Positions 36,747-46,653 of a stretch of 64,000 bases of DNA are shown piece after piece (the first letter of the stretch is position 1; every line of letters begins with the position of its first letter). The DNA is taken from assembly GCA_964612075.1 (NCBI GenBank), contig CAZTFC010000001.1, positions 31,129-95,128 of the forward strand. Direction: 5' to 3'. Made by a program: the position numbers and the translations under genes. The notes under the pieces are model-generated. The model searched no databases. It worked only from the letters and a program-made list of their open reading frames with translations, and had not been told where the DNA came from. The stretch is from an uncultured bacterium (GTDB lineage Bacteria > Desulfobacterota > Deferrimicrobia > Deferrimicrobiales > Deferrimicrobiaceae).

Positions 36747-38018
36747 TTATAGCATACCCCCGGGGGGCGCCGGGGGGGGCGGGGGATTCGCGGCGAGCAT
36801 CGCGTCGATCCGGCGTTCGCTCCGGAGCACGGCGAAGGTGACGAAAAGGTTCGTCACGAGGATCACGGCGAAGGCGTACTGCACGAAGACCCCGGTGCCC
36901 GGGATCCCGGCGGCGTGGGGGACCATCGCGAGGACCGCGGAGGCCAGCCCCCTCGGCCCCATGGTCGTCAGGATCTTCCGCTCGAAAGGCACCAGCCGCC
37001 GCCCCGTGAGGCCGAGGATCCGGACGGAGACGAAGCGGGAAACGTAGATCAGGGAGATCAGGGCCGCCGAAACCGCGAGGAAGCGGCCCGTGAGGCTGCT
37101 CCACTCCACGAGCATCCCGAGGTAGACGAAGAAGAAGACGCGGGCGATGAAGGTGAGCTCCTCGTGGAACCAGCGGATCGTGCCGTCGAGAGCGGTGCGC
37201 GAGGCGTCCCAGTCGTCCTTTTCCTGCAGCGCCGGGAACCGGCTCAGGATGGCCGGGCCGTTGGAGAGGGCCGTTCCGAAGAAAAGGACCGCGATGACGC
37301 CGCTGAAATGCGCCGATTCCGCCGCCGAGAAGAGCAGGAACACGGCGGCCAGGGTGATCATGTAGGAAAGGGGCATCTCCCCGGTCCGCTCCAGGACCTT
37401 CACCCAGAAGAGTCCGCCGAGCGTCCCGAGCAGCACCCCGCCCAGGATCGATCCGGCCGTCGCGAGGAGCTGGCCGGTGATGTCGGCGGAGGGCTGGGCC
37501 GAGTAGCGCACCAGGACCACGACGGCGATGACGGCCATCGCGTCGCCCAGGGCCGATTCGAGGGTCAGGATGGTGCGCGTGCTCTTACCCATCCGCATCG
37601 CGTTGACGAGAGGGATGACGATGGCCCCGCTGGTGCAGCCGAGGATGCTTCCGAGCAGCAGCGACTGCACGAGGCCGCTTCCGGTCATCAGGAGATAGCC
37701 GGCCGCGACGGCGCCCGTCGCGAGGTTCACCGACAGGAAGGTGAGGATGACGGCCCGTTTCCACTGGTTCATCAACTGCCGGATCTCCAGGTCCATCCCT
37801 CCTTCCAGCATGATCATCAGGAGGGTGAGCATGCCCAGGTACGGGGCGAGGGGAAGGAGGACGGACCGGTCCAGGATGTGGAGCCCGGGTCCCAGGACCA
37901 CCCCGATCCCGAGGAGGATGGGGATGTCGGGGACCCGGGTCTTTTCGAAGAGGATCCGTCCCGCGAACCCCGCGAGGAGGATGACCGCCGAGATCCCGAA
38001 TGCCTGCGCGAGCGTCAA
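36747..38018 (-). CDS. Na+(K+)/H+ antiporter, NhaP/CPA1 family
   Basis: The track ORF 36747..38831 was trimmed to the TTG start, which has SD GGAGGG 5 nt upstream and overlaps the upstream gene stop (TTGA). It has 11-13 TM helices with CPA1-type motifs. Confidence 0.85.
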   Translation of the reverse strand: MTLAQAFGISAVILLAGFAGRILFEKTRVPDIPILLGIGVVLGPGLHILDRSVLLPLAPYLGMLTLLMIMLEGGMDLEIRQLMNQWKRAVILTFLSVNLATGAVAAGYLLMTGSGLVQSLLLGSILGCTSGAIVIPLVNAMRMGKSTRTILTLESALGDAMAVIAVVVLVRYSAQPSADITGQLLATAGSILGGVLLGTLGGLFWVKVLERTGEMPLSYMITLAAVFLLFSAAESAHFSGVIAVLFFGTALSNGPAILSRFPALQEKDDWDASRTALDGTIRWFHEELTFIARVFFFVYLGMLVEWSSLTGRFLAVSAALISLIYVSRFVSVRILGLTGRRLVPFERKILTTMGPRGLASAVLAMVPHAAGIPGTGVFVQYAFAVILVTNLFVTFAVLRSERRIDAMLAANPPPPPAPPGGML

Positions 38019-40165
38019 GTTTCCCTCCGTCCCAGGTCGCGCATCGGCACGACGACGGCGACGGTGCACGCCAGCCGCTCGAGGCACGCCTCGACGACGG
38101 GGCCGAAGTAGACGCGCTCCGACAGGCTGCGGTTCTCCGCGCCGAGCGCGACCAGGTCGTATCCCCCGGAATGCGCTTCCTCCGATATGGCCGTGATCAG
38201 CGACGCCCCTTCGACGACCCGGACCTCCGCCCGTTGCATGCGCATGCTCCCTTGGAACCGCTCCTGGAGGTTCTCCAGCATCACCTGGTGGGCCCGCATC
38301 TCGGCCTGGTCGGATCCCAGGCTCGGCAGCAGCGGGTTCTGCTCCAGCGACTGGACGAAGAAGAGCATCGTGATCCCGGCGTCGACGCGCCGGGCGTAAT
38401 CGGCCGCGAACTCGAAGGCGGCGTCCGCGTGGCGGCTCCCGTTGGTCGGCACCAGGATCCTCCGGAAGGGGGTCGGCGGGGTCTCGCCAGAGAAGGGGCC
38501 GCGCATGATCACGGCCTGGCAGGGGCATGCGCCCGCGACCCCGGAGGTCAGCGGGTTGTAGACGGGGTGCCTGTGCTGCGACGCGCCGAGGAAGACGAAG
38601 TCGTAGCCCATGCGCGCCTCGTCCAGGATCGCGTCCCGGACGCTTTTGTCCGTCGAGACCCGGCGGGTGAGCAGCAGCCCGCGGGGGGCCTGCGACGCCG
38701 CCTGGATCCGCGCGAAGTATCCGTCCACGTCCGTCCCGGGGGCCTTTCTCCAGAAAGCGAGCCGCTCCCTCAGAGTCCGGCGCTCCGTGTCCACGTAGAC
38801 CGCGGTGGCGCTGCTGCCTTCCTCGCCGCACAGTACGGCCGCCATGTGGCAGGAGAGCATGGCGTTCGGCCCGCCCGCGGCGGGGATGAGGATCTTGAGC
38901 GCCGACGAGGGCAGGAAGCCCTCCGGGGCCGACTCAAGGCGCATTCGTTCTTCCTCCGTGAAGGGAATCCGGTGCTGGATCGCCTTCACCAGGACCGGCG
39001 CCAGGAAGGAGGTGACGACCGCCATCAGGACGAGGCACGAGAACAGCTCGACGTTGAGGATGCCGAGATTGAGGCCGATCTTCGCCACGACGAGCCCCAC
39101 GGCCCCGCGGGCGCTCATCAGGAATCCCAGCGCCAGCGCCGACCAGGGGTGGAGCCGGCCGAGAACTCCGCCCACGAAGCAGCCGACCACCTTTCCGGCG
39201 ATCGCGATGGCCGTGACCGCGACGGGGAGCCAGAAGCCCGTAAGCTGCGTGAAATCCACCCGCAGCCCGACCTCCCCGAAGAAGAGGGGCGCGAACAGCG
39301 ACATGACGACGCTTTCCAGCTTGTGGAGGCGCTCGGTCCGCAGGGTCGGGACCTGGCGCACCAGGACGCCCGCCACGAAGGCGCCGAACACCGCGTGGAC
39401 GTGCATCGCCTCCGTGGCCGCGCCGAACAGGAAGGTCACCCCGACGACGACCACCAGCTCGCCCCCGTGCAGCCGCATATGGTGGTCGGCATGCGCCAGC
39501 CCCGCCTTCAGCCCCGGGTAGAGGAGATACCGCGCCGCCAGCATGAAGGCGGCGACCCAGCCCAGGGTGACCGCCAGGTTGGCGATGTCGAACGCGCCGG
39601 TGGTCACCATCCCGGTGATCATCGCCAGGATGATCCAGCCGATGGTGTCGTCCACGACGGCCGCGCTGAGCGTCAGGACCCCCACGTCGCGGCGCACCAT
39701 GTTCAGGTCCATGAGGATCTTGGCGATCACCGGCATGGCGGACAGCCCCATCACCGTGGCGATGAAGTGCGTGAGGGGAAGACGGCCCCTCAGCACGTAG
39801 GACTCCGGGAGGGACCACCCCAGCGCGAGGCCGGAGGCGAAGGGGACGACGATCCCGAAGAGCGAGGCCAGGGCGGCCGTCCGCCCCATGTTCCGCATGG
39901 TCCGGACGTCGGTCTCCAGGCCGGTCAGGAGCATCAGGAGCACCAGCCCGACGAAGGCGACGGACTGGAGATGCTCGGTGTTCACGAAGATCGCCCGCTG
40001 CAGGTCCGGCAGGAGGAGCCCGAGAAACGACGGTCCCAGCAGGATCCCGGCCAGCAGCTCCCCCAGCACGGCGGGCTGGTTGAACCGCTGCAGCAGCTCC
40101 CCCAGCGCGCGGGCCAGGACGAGGATGAGGGCGACCTGGACGAGGAACGCGACCTCGGGGGTCAA
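38015..40165 (-). CDS. Cation:proton antiporter (CPA2, KefB/NapA-like) fused to two C-terminal universal stress protein (UspA) domains
   Basis: 716-aa ORF. The N-terminal roughly 400-aa CPA2 membrane domain (GELLAGILLGPS...) is followed by tandem UspA-like alpha/beta domains (ILIPAAGGPNA...; ILVPTNGSRHADAAFEFAADYA...). Confidence 0.85.
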   Translation of the reverse strand: MTPEVAFLVQVALILVLARALGELLQRFNQPAVLGELLAGILLGPSFLGLLLPDLQRAIFVNTEHLQSVAFVGLVLLMLLTGLETDVRTMRNMGRTAALASLFGIVVPFASGLALGWSLPESYVLRGRLPLTHFIATVMGLSAMPVIAKILMDLNMVRRDVGVLTLSAAVVDDTIGWIILAMITGMVTTGAFDIANLAVTLGWVAAFMLAARYLLYPGLKAGLAHADHHMRLHGGELVVVVGVTFLFGAATEAMHVHAVFGAFVAGVLVRQVPTLRTERLHKLESVVMSLFAPLFFGEVGLRVDFTQLTGFWLPVAVTAIAIAGKVVGCFVGGVLGRLHPWSALALGFLMSARGAVGLVVAKIGLNLGILNVELFSCLVLMAVVTSFLAPVLVKAIQHRIPFTEEERMRLESAPEGFLPSSALKILIPAAGGPNAMLSCHMAAVLCGEEGSSATAVYVDTERRTLRERLAFWRKAPGTDVDGYFARIQAASQAPRGLLLTRRVSTDKSVRDAILDEARMGYDFVFLGASQHRHPVYNPLTSGVAGACPCQAVIMRGPFSGETPPTPFRRILVPTNGSRHADAAFEFAADYARRVDAGITMLFFVQSLEQNPLLPSLGSDQAEMRAHQVMLENLQERFQGSMRMQRAEVRVVEGASLITAISEEAHSGGYDLVALGAENRSLSERVYFGPVVEACLERLACTVAVVVPMRDLGRRET

Positions 40166-40205
40166 CGATGCCTCCGGCGGGACGGCGTGCGCCGTCCTTC
40201 CCCCC

Positions 40206-41258
40206 TCAAGCCTTGTTCACGTACAGGGTCTGCGTCGGGTAGGCGAACTCGATCTTCCGTTTCTCGAACTCCTCGTAGATCCGCAGGTTGGCCGCCTGCT
40301 GGATGTCCATGTATTTCGTGTAGTCGTTCCCGTCGACATAATAGACGATTTCGTAGATCAGGCTGAAGTCCCCGTACGAGAAGAAGTGGACCCGGTCGAG
40401 GGAGGCCCCCTCGATCCCCCGGAAGACGTCCGCCACGACGCCGGGGATCGCCTTCAGCGCCTCCGCCGAGGTCTGGTAGGTCACCCCGATCCGGAACACC
40501 ACCCGGCGCTTCTCCATCCGCTTGTAGTTGCGCACTCTCGAATCGGTCAGGTCCTTGTTCGAGATGACGATCTGCTCGCCGCTCAGGCTGGAGATCCGGG
40601 TGGTCTTGATCCCGAGGCGCTCGATCGTGCCCATGTGGTCGCCGACGATGATGAAGTCGCCGATCTCGAAGGGGCGGTCGAACAGGATCGTGAAATAGGC
40701 GAACAGGTCCCCGAGGAGCGCCTGCGCCGCGAGCGCCACCGCGATCCCGCCGATGCCGAGTCCGGCCACCACGGTGGAGATCTTGAACCCCAGGTTGTCG
40801 AACATGAAGAGGAGGCCGACGATCCAGATCAACCCGACGGCGAGGTTGAGGACCCCTTTCAGCGCCCGGTCCCTCGACGCGTCCCCCCCCTGCTTCCGGA
40901 TGTATTCCTTGAAGGAAAAGCGGACCAGCTCCACGAGAAAAAAGATGCCGATGACCGCCAGCAGGACGATTCCGGCCATGTCGAGGATCCGTTCGACCCG
41001 GGGCGTGAGGTGGAGGATCCGGAGGGAGGCCTGCGCGATTGCCAGGTATACCAGCGGGATCGCGGTCCTTCGGATCCGTCCCACGAGGAAATCGTCGTAG
41101 TGGGTGTGCGTGGTTTCGGCCCAGGCCCTGAGGCGGCGGATGACGATGCTCTTGACGATCGTCACCAGCAGGATGCCGGCGACGAGGAACGCCAGGCAGA
41201 TCAGGTACTCCGAGACCCGGTTGTTGTAGAACTCGTAGCCCAGGATTTCCGGTATCAT
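40206..41258 (-). CDS. mscS: Mechanosensitive ion channel, MscS family
   Basis: 350-aa ORF with N-terminal TM helices and the conserved MscS pore and beta-domain region (GIGGIAVALAAQ...FEIGDFI). Confidence 0.9.
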   Translation of the reverse strand: MIPEILGYEFYNNRVSEYLICLAFLVAGILLVTIVKSIVIRRLRAWAETTHTHYDDFLVGRIRRTAIPLVYLAIAQASLRILHLTPRVERILDMAGIVLLAVIGIFFLVELVRFSFKEYIRKQGGDASRDRALKGVLNLAVGLIWIVGLLFMFDNLGFKISTVVAGLGIGGIAVALAAQALLGDLFAYFTILFDRPFEIGDFIIVGDHMGTIERLGIKTTRISSLSGEQIVISNKDLTDSRVRNYKRMEKRRVVFRIGVTYQTSAEALKAIPGVVADVFRGIEGASLDRVHFFSYGDFSLIYEIVYYVDGNDYTKYMDIQQAANLRIYEEFEKRKIEFAYPTQTLYVNKA

Positions 41259-41303
41259 CGTTCCTCCCGTTCCGCAACCAATAGCCGAACCTTGAGGCTC
41301 GTC

Positions 41304-41312
41304 ATTATACCA
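41304..41312 (-). promoter_or_regulatory. Extended -10 promoter TGGTATAAT upstream of mscS, preceded by a treY-terminal GC hairpin (about 41323-41339)
   Basis: The minus strand reads GCGCTCCCGGGGGGCGCGataagcctttGGTATAATgacgagcc...GGGAGGAACGATG. The near-palindromic GC hairpin lies directly after the treY stop, and a perfect extended -10 sits about 45 nt before the mscS ATG. Confidence 0.4.
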
Positions 41313-41345
41313 AAGGCTTATCGCGCCCCCCGGGAGCGCCTTCGG

Positions 41346-44216
41346 TCAGATGCCTTCCAGCAGCGCGACGGGGAAGGATCGGAAGACCTCGTGGAGATGT
41401 AGGACCTTCCCGTTGCCCGCGCCGCCCGCCCGGAGGGTCTCCCCGGTGAACGCGTTGCGCCACGCCGAGGGGAGGTTTTCCGGCAGCCGGAGGAAGGTCC
41501 GCAGCCCCCAGGCCTGTTCGCCGAGGGGGAATCCGTTTTCCGGAACGAGGCGGGTCGAAAGGCGGGGGACGGCCGCGATCGCCCACGCATCCCCTTTCCC
41601 CCTGGCGAAGGCCAGCGCATGCTCCCTTTTCCCTCCCGCGGCGGAGAGGGGGAGATACGCTCCGTCCCGGAAAATGTCCCTCCGCTCCCGGCGGAAGCCG
41701 AGCGCCTTGCATGTGACATACAGCTTGATCCGCCCGTCCCGCCACGACGACAAAAGCTCCCCGGCGAGGGCGGAACGCCCCTGCTGCTCCCGGGTCAGCA
41801 GCTCGTTCAGCATGCCGATCCGTTTCCTGAAATCCACCGGCCTGCGGTTGTCGGGATCGACGAGGGAGAAGTCCCAGATCTCCGTTCCCTGATAGATATC
41901 GGGCGCCCCGGGCGCGGCGATCTTCACCAGGAGCTGCGCGAGACCGTTGATCGCCCCGAAATGTGCGACCTTCGCCTGGAACGGGAGGAAATCGGCCAGG
42001 AAGGCGTTGGCGCCGGGGCAGGGCTCCTCCAGCAGGGCGGAGACGAACTCCCGGACCGCGTTCTCATGGGGGGGGTTCGGCCGGATCCATCGGGTGTGGA
42101 CCTTGGCCTCCCGTATGGCCTTCACCATGTAGCCTTCGATCCGGTTTTTCAGTTCCGGGAGATCCCCCTTCTCCAGCGGCCACGCGCCGAGCAGTGTCTG
42201 GTAAAGGAGGACTTCCTCTGCCGGGTCCGGCACCGCGATCCCGTTCACGACCCGTTTCCTTGCGCGGTTCATTTCGCTCCACGCCTTGAGCCGCTCCTCC
42301 CATTCCCCGGGGATTTCCGACAGCACGTCGATCCTGGCGCGCACGTCCTCGCTTCTCTTCGTGTCGTGCGTCGATGTGGCGTTCATCGCGTGCGGCCACC
42401 TGCCTGCCGCCGTCGAGCAGCGGTCGTGGAAGGCGCCGACGGAGAGGCCGGCCGAGTCGGGGTGCCCGCCCACCTCGTTCATGGAGACGAGCCGGTTGTA
42501 GACGTACAGGGAGGTGTCCTCGAACCCCTTCGCCATGATCGGGCCCGTGAACTGCTGCCACCGCATCAGGAACCGGAGCCAGTCCTCCCTTTCCGGGCCG
42601 GACAGGGAAGGCGGGATCTCCTGCAGCAGCACCCTCCGCAGGAAGTCGAACACGGGGGCGCTGATCTTCGCGCCGCGCTGCTGCGCCTGCCTCAATGCCT
42701 TCGAGATGTATCTCACGTCGCGGGCGGAAAGCTCGCCGCTCCTCGCGTACGTCCGGTAGACGGGGAAGCAGGCGGTGACCTCGACCAGGGCCGCGCGCAG
42801 CTCCTTTTGGGGGAGGTCGCGGGCGTACCGGTCCTGCTCCGCCAGCCGGCCGAGGTGATTGCCCAGGGAGTGCATCTCGCCCGCGAAGAGGGAGTCCATC
42901 ATCAGCATCTTGCTCCGGTAGACCGTCTCCCGGAAATCCGGCGCCGCGCGGGTGAACCTCGCGTAGACGTCGTCGAGGACCTTGACCCCCTGCGCGCTCA
43001 CGAAAATCCCGTTCAGCGCGTTCATGAACTCGTAACCCGTCGTCCCGTGGACTGGCCACTCGGGGGGAAGGGACTCCTCCTCGCCGAGGATCTTTTCGAC
43101 GAGGACGTAGAACGCCGCGGGGGGGTCGGCGTCTTTCGAGCCGGTGAGGCGCTGCATCAGCCGCACGAGATAGCCGTGCGGGTCGTAGAGCCCGTCCACG
43201 TGGTCCACGCGCAGGCCCGTCACCTTCCCTTCCTCCGCCAGGCGCAGCACGAGGTCGTGCGCGGCGTCGAAGACCCGCGGGTCCTCCACGCGGAGGCTGA
43301 TCAGATCGCTGACGGCGAAGAAGCGGCGGTAGTTGATCTCCTCGTTGGCCAGCCGCCAGAAGGAGAGCCAGTAATGCTGCTCGGAGAGGATCCGGTCGAG
43401 GTGGTCGAAGCTTCCCGGGTCGCTTTTCCGCCCGTTCACGACCCGCAGGGTCTCGTCGAGGTATTCCCGGATCTCGTGCCGCTCCGTGTACAGGCGCAGG
43501 AGGCGAGCCTTGATCTCTTCCTCGACGGCGTACCGGTCCCGGCGCCCTTCCGGGTCGGACGGGACGGATTTCGGGAGGTGCTCGATCCCCGAGATGAGGT
43601 CCCACAATTCCCGGAAGGAGGGGTGCTCCGGCCCGTAGGTCTCCTCGAGGGAAGGCAGACGCAGGGAGAGGATCCGCGGGTAGGAATGGATCGACACCGG
43701 AAGCCGGACGGAGTGGCAATGGACGGTGAGGCCGCCCTTGTCCAGGCGAAGGGAGATCTCCTGCTCCTCGACCGTCCTGCCGTACGGGCCTCCCAGGATG
43801 GGAAGGAGCACCTTGCCGTTCAGCGCCTTTTTCGGGGAGTGCCAGTCGATGTCAAAGTACGGCGCGAAGGGCGAGGACGGCCCGCTTTCCAGCACGTCCG
43901 TCCACCATCGGTTCTCCACGCTCGCGGCCATGTGGTTCGGGACGATGTCCAGCAGAAGCCCCATCCCGCGGTCCCGGAGCTCTTTCGCGAGCGCGTCGAA
44001 ATGCGCGCCGGTTCCCAGCTCGCCGTTCAGCCGGGTGGGGTCGGTCACGTCGTATCCGTGGGTGCTGCCGCGCCTCGCCTGCAGGACGGGCGACGCGTAG
44101 AGATCGGTTATCCCGAGCGCATCGAGGTACGGAACGAGGTTCCGGGCGTGCTCGAACCGGAACCGCCTGTGGAACTGCAGCCGGTAGGTCGACGAGGGGA
44201 TGCGCAGGGAGGTCAT
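41346..44216 (-). CDS. treY: Malto-oligosyltrehalose synthase TreY
   Basis: 956-aa ORF with full-length TreY similarity (GH13-type N-terminal catalytic region, LYASPVLQA...HGYDV, long C-terminal domains). Confidence 0.93.
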   Translation of the reverse strand: MTSLRIPSSTYRLQFHRRFRFEHARNLVPYLDALGITDLYASPVLQARRGSTHGYDVTDPTRLNGELGTGAHFDALAKELRDRGMGLLLDIVPNHMAASVENRWWTDVLESGPSSPFAPYFDIDWHSPKKALNGKVLLPILGGPYGRTVEEQEISLRLDKGGLTVHCHSVRLPVSIHSYPRILSLRLPSLEETYGPEHPSFRELWDLISGIEHLPKSVPSDPEGRRDRYAVEEEIKARLLRLYTERHEIREYLDETLRVVNGRKSDPGSFDHLDRILSEQHYWLSFWRLANEEINYRRFFAVSDLISLRVEDPRVFDAAHDLVLRLAEEGKVTGLRVDHVDGLYDPHGYLVRLMQRLTGSKDADPPAAFYVLVEKILGEEESLPPEWPVHGTTGYEFMNALNGIFVSAQGVKVLDDVYARFTRAAPDFRETVYRSKMLMMDSLFAGEMHSLGNHLGRLAEQDRYARDLPQKELRAALVEVTACFPVYRTYARSGELSARDVRYISKALRQAQQRGAKISAPVFDFLRRVLLQEIPPSLSGPEREDWLRFLMRWQQFTGPIMAKGFEDTSLYVYNRLVSMNEVGGHPDSAGLSVGAFHDRCSTAAGRWPHAMNATSTHDTKRSEDVRARIDVLSEIPGEWEERLKAWSEMNRARKRVVNGIAVPDPAEEVLLYQTLLGAWPLEKGDLPELKNRIEGYMVKAIREAKVHTRWIRPNPPHENAVREFVSALLEEPCPGANAFLADFLPFQAKVAHFGAINGLAQLLVKIAAPGAPDIYQGTEIWDFSLVDPDNRRPVDFRKRIGMLNELLTREQQGRSALAGELLSSWRDGRIKLYVTCKALGFRRERRDIFRDGAYLPLSAAGGKREHALAFARGKGDAWAIAAVPRLSTRLVPENGFPLGEQAWGLRTFLRLPENLPSAWRNAFTGETLRAGGAGNGKVLHLHEVFRSFPVALLEGI

Positions 44217-44220
44217 CCCG

Positions 44221-46653
44221 TCAATCCTCCCCGGGGACGAAGGAAAGCTTCTCGCCGACGGAGCGGAACGCCTCGACCCAGGACGACGCCTGTTCGTCGC
44301 CTTCCCGGGATCGCTTCAGGAATTCCGGATAGACCGTCTTCCTCAGGTCGTCGTAGATGTTCTGGGCTCCGAAGAAGAGCACGTCGAAGGGCAGGTCCCG
44401 CCCCATGTCCACGGCCTTCTCGAAGCGGCGGAGAAGGTCGAGATCCCCGGGCTTCTCCCGGAAGGCGTCCGCGATCGCGTCGACCCTCTTCTGCAGGGCG
44501 AACCCGATGCCCGCGGCGTCGAGCGGAAGACCGATGCATTTCCCCTCTTCGAGAAGCCCCCGGATGACGGAAGCGTCCGGGGCCTCCGCCGATACGGCGT
44601 CCCGCAGCTCCGCGTTCAGCGCGACCCTCGCCGACGCGAACAGGGGGTCGGGCGGGGGCATCCCCATGCTCGACAGGAAGCGGATCATGTTGGCGTGCTG
44701 CCGGTAGACCTGCCGGTGGTTCGCCTCCGTGTCCGAGAGGGTCTGGCCGAGGATGATGTGCAGGATCTTCCGCAATTCATCGCGGAACAGCAGCTTCAGG
44801 GAGTAGGTCCCCTGGCCGAAGTGCTTGTCGACCTCCCGGATCACTTCGGGAAGGTCGGCGGCCTGGAAGACCTCGCCGATCTCCCGCAGGAGGGTTCCGT
44901 ACGCCTCGTCGCCCCGGAAGTCGCGGATTCCCCCGCTGACGTTGTGGTCCCCGAGGTGCACCACGCCGAAGGACAGCAGCGACGATTCCCGCGTGACGGA
45001 GGAGGTGACGCGCGCCCTCCCCAGGACGAGTTTCGTCCTTCCCGACGTCTGGACGCGGAAATCCTCCCGCTCGATGTCGTAGCAGTAGACCCGGGCGCGG
45101 TCCGGATAATTCTCGAACAGCGCGCTCACCGCGTAGTGGGCCCCGACCTTGTGCAGGTCCACCATTGCGGGTTTCACGAATTTTTCGTATATCCGCCGGC
45201 CGTTGCCGTGTTCCTGCAGGTTGCTCCCGGCCCGTTCCAGCCGCGAAAGGAACCCTTCCTCGATGGAATCGCCGAACATCTCCCGGCCGAGCTGGATGAC
45301 CCGGCCGGCGTACTGGAGCACCTGCACAGTCTCCAGGCCGGAGATCTCGTCGAAGAACCAGCCGCAGCTCGTGTACATGAGCATGGCCTGCCGCTGGATT
45401 TCCATCAGCCGGAGCGCCCGGACCTTCCGCTCGGGGGGGAGGTCCTCCACCGAGTGCCTTCCGAGGAATTCGTCGACGGAGGCGTCGGACCGGTCGAGGA
45501 TCACGGAGATGTAATCCTCCCGGGCGGTCCAGGGGTCTTTGAAGATCTTCCCGCCTTCGGATTCGAACAGCGGGGCGATGGTGTCGCGGAGCCAGTCGAG
45601 CGCCTCCCGGAGCGGCCCCCTCCAACCCTGGTTCCACCCCGGTCGGCCGGAGTTGCACCCGCAGTCGCTCCGCCAGCGTTCCACGCCGTGCACGCAGCTC
45701 CAGGAGCTGTTGTCGAAGATCCGGACGTCGTGGGTCGGAGGGAACCTCTCCAGGAACTCCCCGTAGTTCGTGACACGCACTTCCGGGTCCTCGTCGAGGA
45801 TCCGGAGGGCCCTCGCGAGGGCCATCTCCCCCTGGTGATGGTGGTGCCCGTACGTCTCGCCGTCCGTGGCGATGTGGACGAGCTGCTTCGGCCACGGGCG
45901 CTGGTCGGAGAAGGCCCCGCGCAGGCGGTCGGCGAGGTGCTCCCCCTTTTCGAGCAGCCTCTCGAAGGCCACGGCCTGGGAGACGGGACCGTCGTAGAAG
46001 AAAATGCAGATCTTCTTTCCCGAGGGGAGGCGCAGCTCGTACGGGATGGTGGGATCGATCCTGCCGTCACTCGCGTCGCGCCAGTCCCGGGCTCCTTTCT
46101 TCCGGACCTTGGCCGCCTGGCGGGGAGCGAGGATCGTGAAGCGGATCCCTTCCCGCGCGAGGGCCTCGAGGGTGGCCAGGTCCGCGGCCGTCTCCGGGAG
46201 CCACATCCCTTCCGGCGCCCTGCCGAAGCGGTGCGCGAAATCCCGGATCCCCCAGCGGACCTGCGTCGCCTTGTCCCGTTCGTTGGCCAGGGGAAGGATG
46301 ATGTGGTTGTACCCCTGCGCCAGCGCGGAGCCGTGACCGGAGAACGCCTCGCGGCTCTCCCTGTCGCCCTCCAGAATGGCGCGGTAGGTCGCGGGAGACT
46401 TCTCCGCCATCCAGGAAAGCAGGGTCGGCCCGAAGTTGAAGCTGATCCGGGAGTAGTTGTTCACGATCCTCTCGATCCGCCCGTCCCCCGCGAGGATCCG
46501 CGAATAGGCGTTGGCGGCGTAGCATTCCGCGGAGATCCGCTCGTTCCAGTCGTGGAAGGGGTAGGCGGAGTCCTGCAGCTCGACCGCCTCAAGCCAGGGG
46601 TTCTCCCGCGGGGGCTGGTAGAAATGGCAGTGGATGCAAACGAATTTTTCCAT
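44221..46653 (-). CDS. Glycoside hydrolase family 57 enzyme with long C-terminal extension (DUF3536-like)
   Basis: 810-aa ORF whose N-terminus (MEKFVCIHCHFYQPPRENPW) is the GH57 hallmark, with a conserved GH57 catalytic region (the WLPE..., HQGE...motifs). The roughly 300-aa C-terminal helical domain has no characterised function. Confidence 0.85.
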   Translation of the reverse strand: MEKFVCIHCHFYQPPRENPWLEAVELQDSAYPFHDWNERISAECYAANAYSRILAGDGRIERIVNNYSRISFNFGPTLLSWMAEKSPATYRAILEGDRESREAFSGHGSALAQGYNHIILPLANERDKATQVRWGIRDFAHRFGRAPEGMWLPETAADLATLEALAREGIRFTILAPRQAAKVRKKGARDWRDASDGRIDPTIPYELRLPSGKKICIFFYDGPVSQAVAFERLLEKGEHLADRLRGAFSDQRPWPKQLVHIATDGETYGHHHHQGEMALARALRILDEDPEVRVTNYGEFLERFPPTHDVRIFDNSSWSCVHGVERWRSDCGCNSGRPGWNQGWRGPLREALDWLRDTIAPLFESEGGKIFKDPWTAREDYISVILDRSDASVDEFLGRHSVEDLPPERKVRALRLMEIQRQAMLMYTSCGWFFDEISGLETVQVLQYAGRVIQLGREMFGDSIEEGFLSRLERAGSNLQEHGNGRRIYEKFVKPAMVDLHKVGAHYAVSALFENYPDRARVYCYDIEREDFRVQTSGRTKLVLGRARVTSSVTRESSLLSFGVVHLGDHNVSGGIRDFRGDEAYGTLLREIGEVFQAADLPEVIREVDKHFGQGTYSLKLLFRDELRKILHIILGQTLSDTEANHRQVYRQHANMIRFLSSMGMPPPDPLFASARVALNAELRDAVSAEAPDASVIRGLLEEGKCIGLPLDAAGIGFALQKRVDAIADAFREKPGDLDLLRRFEKAVDMGRDLPFDVLFFGAQNIYDDLRKTVYPEFLKRSREGDEQASSWVEAFRSVGEKLSFVPGED

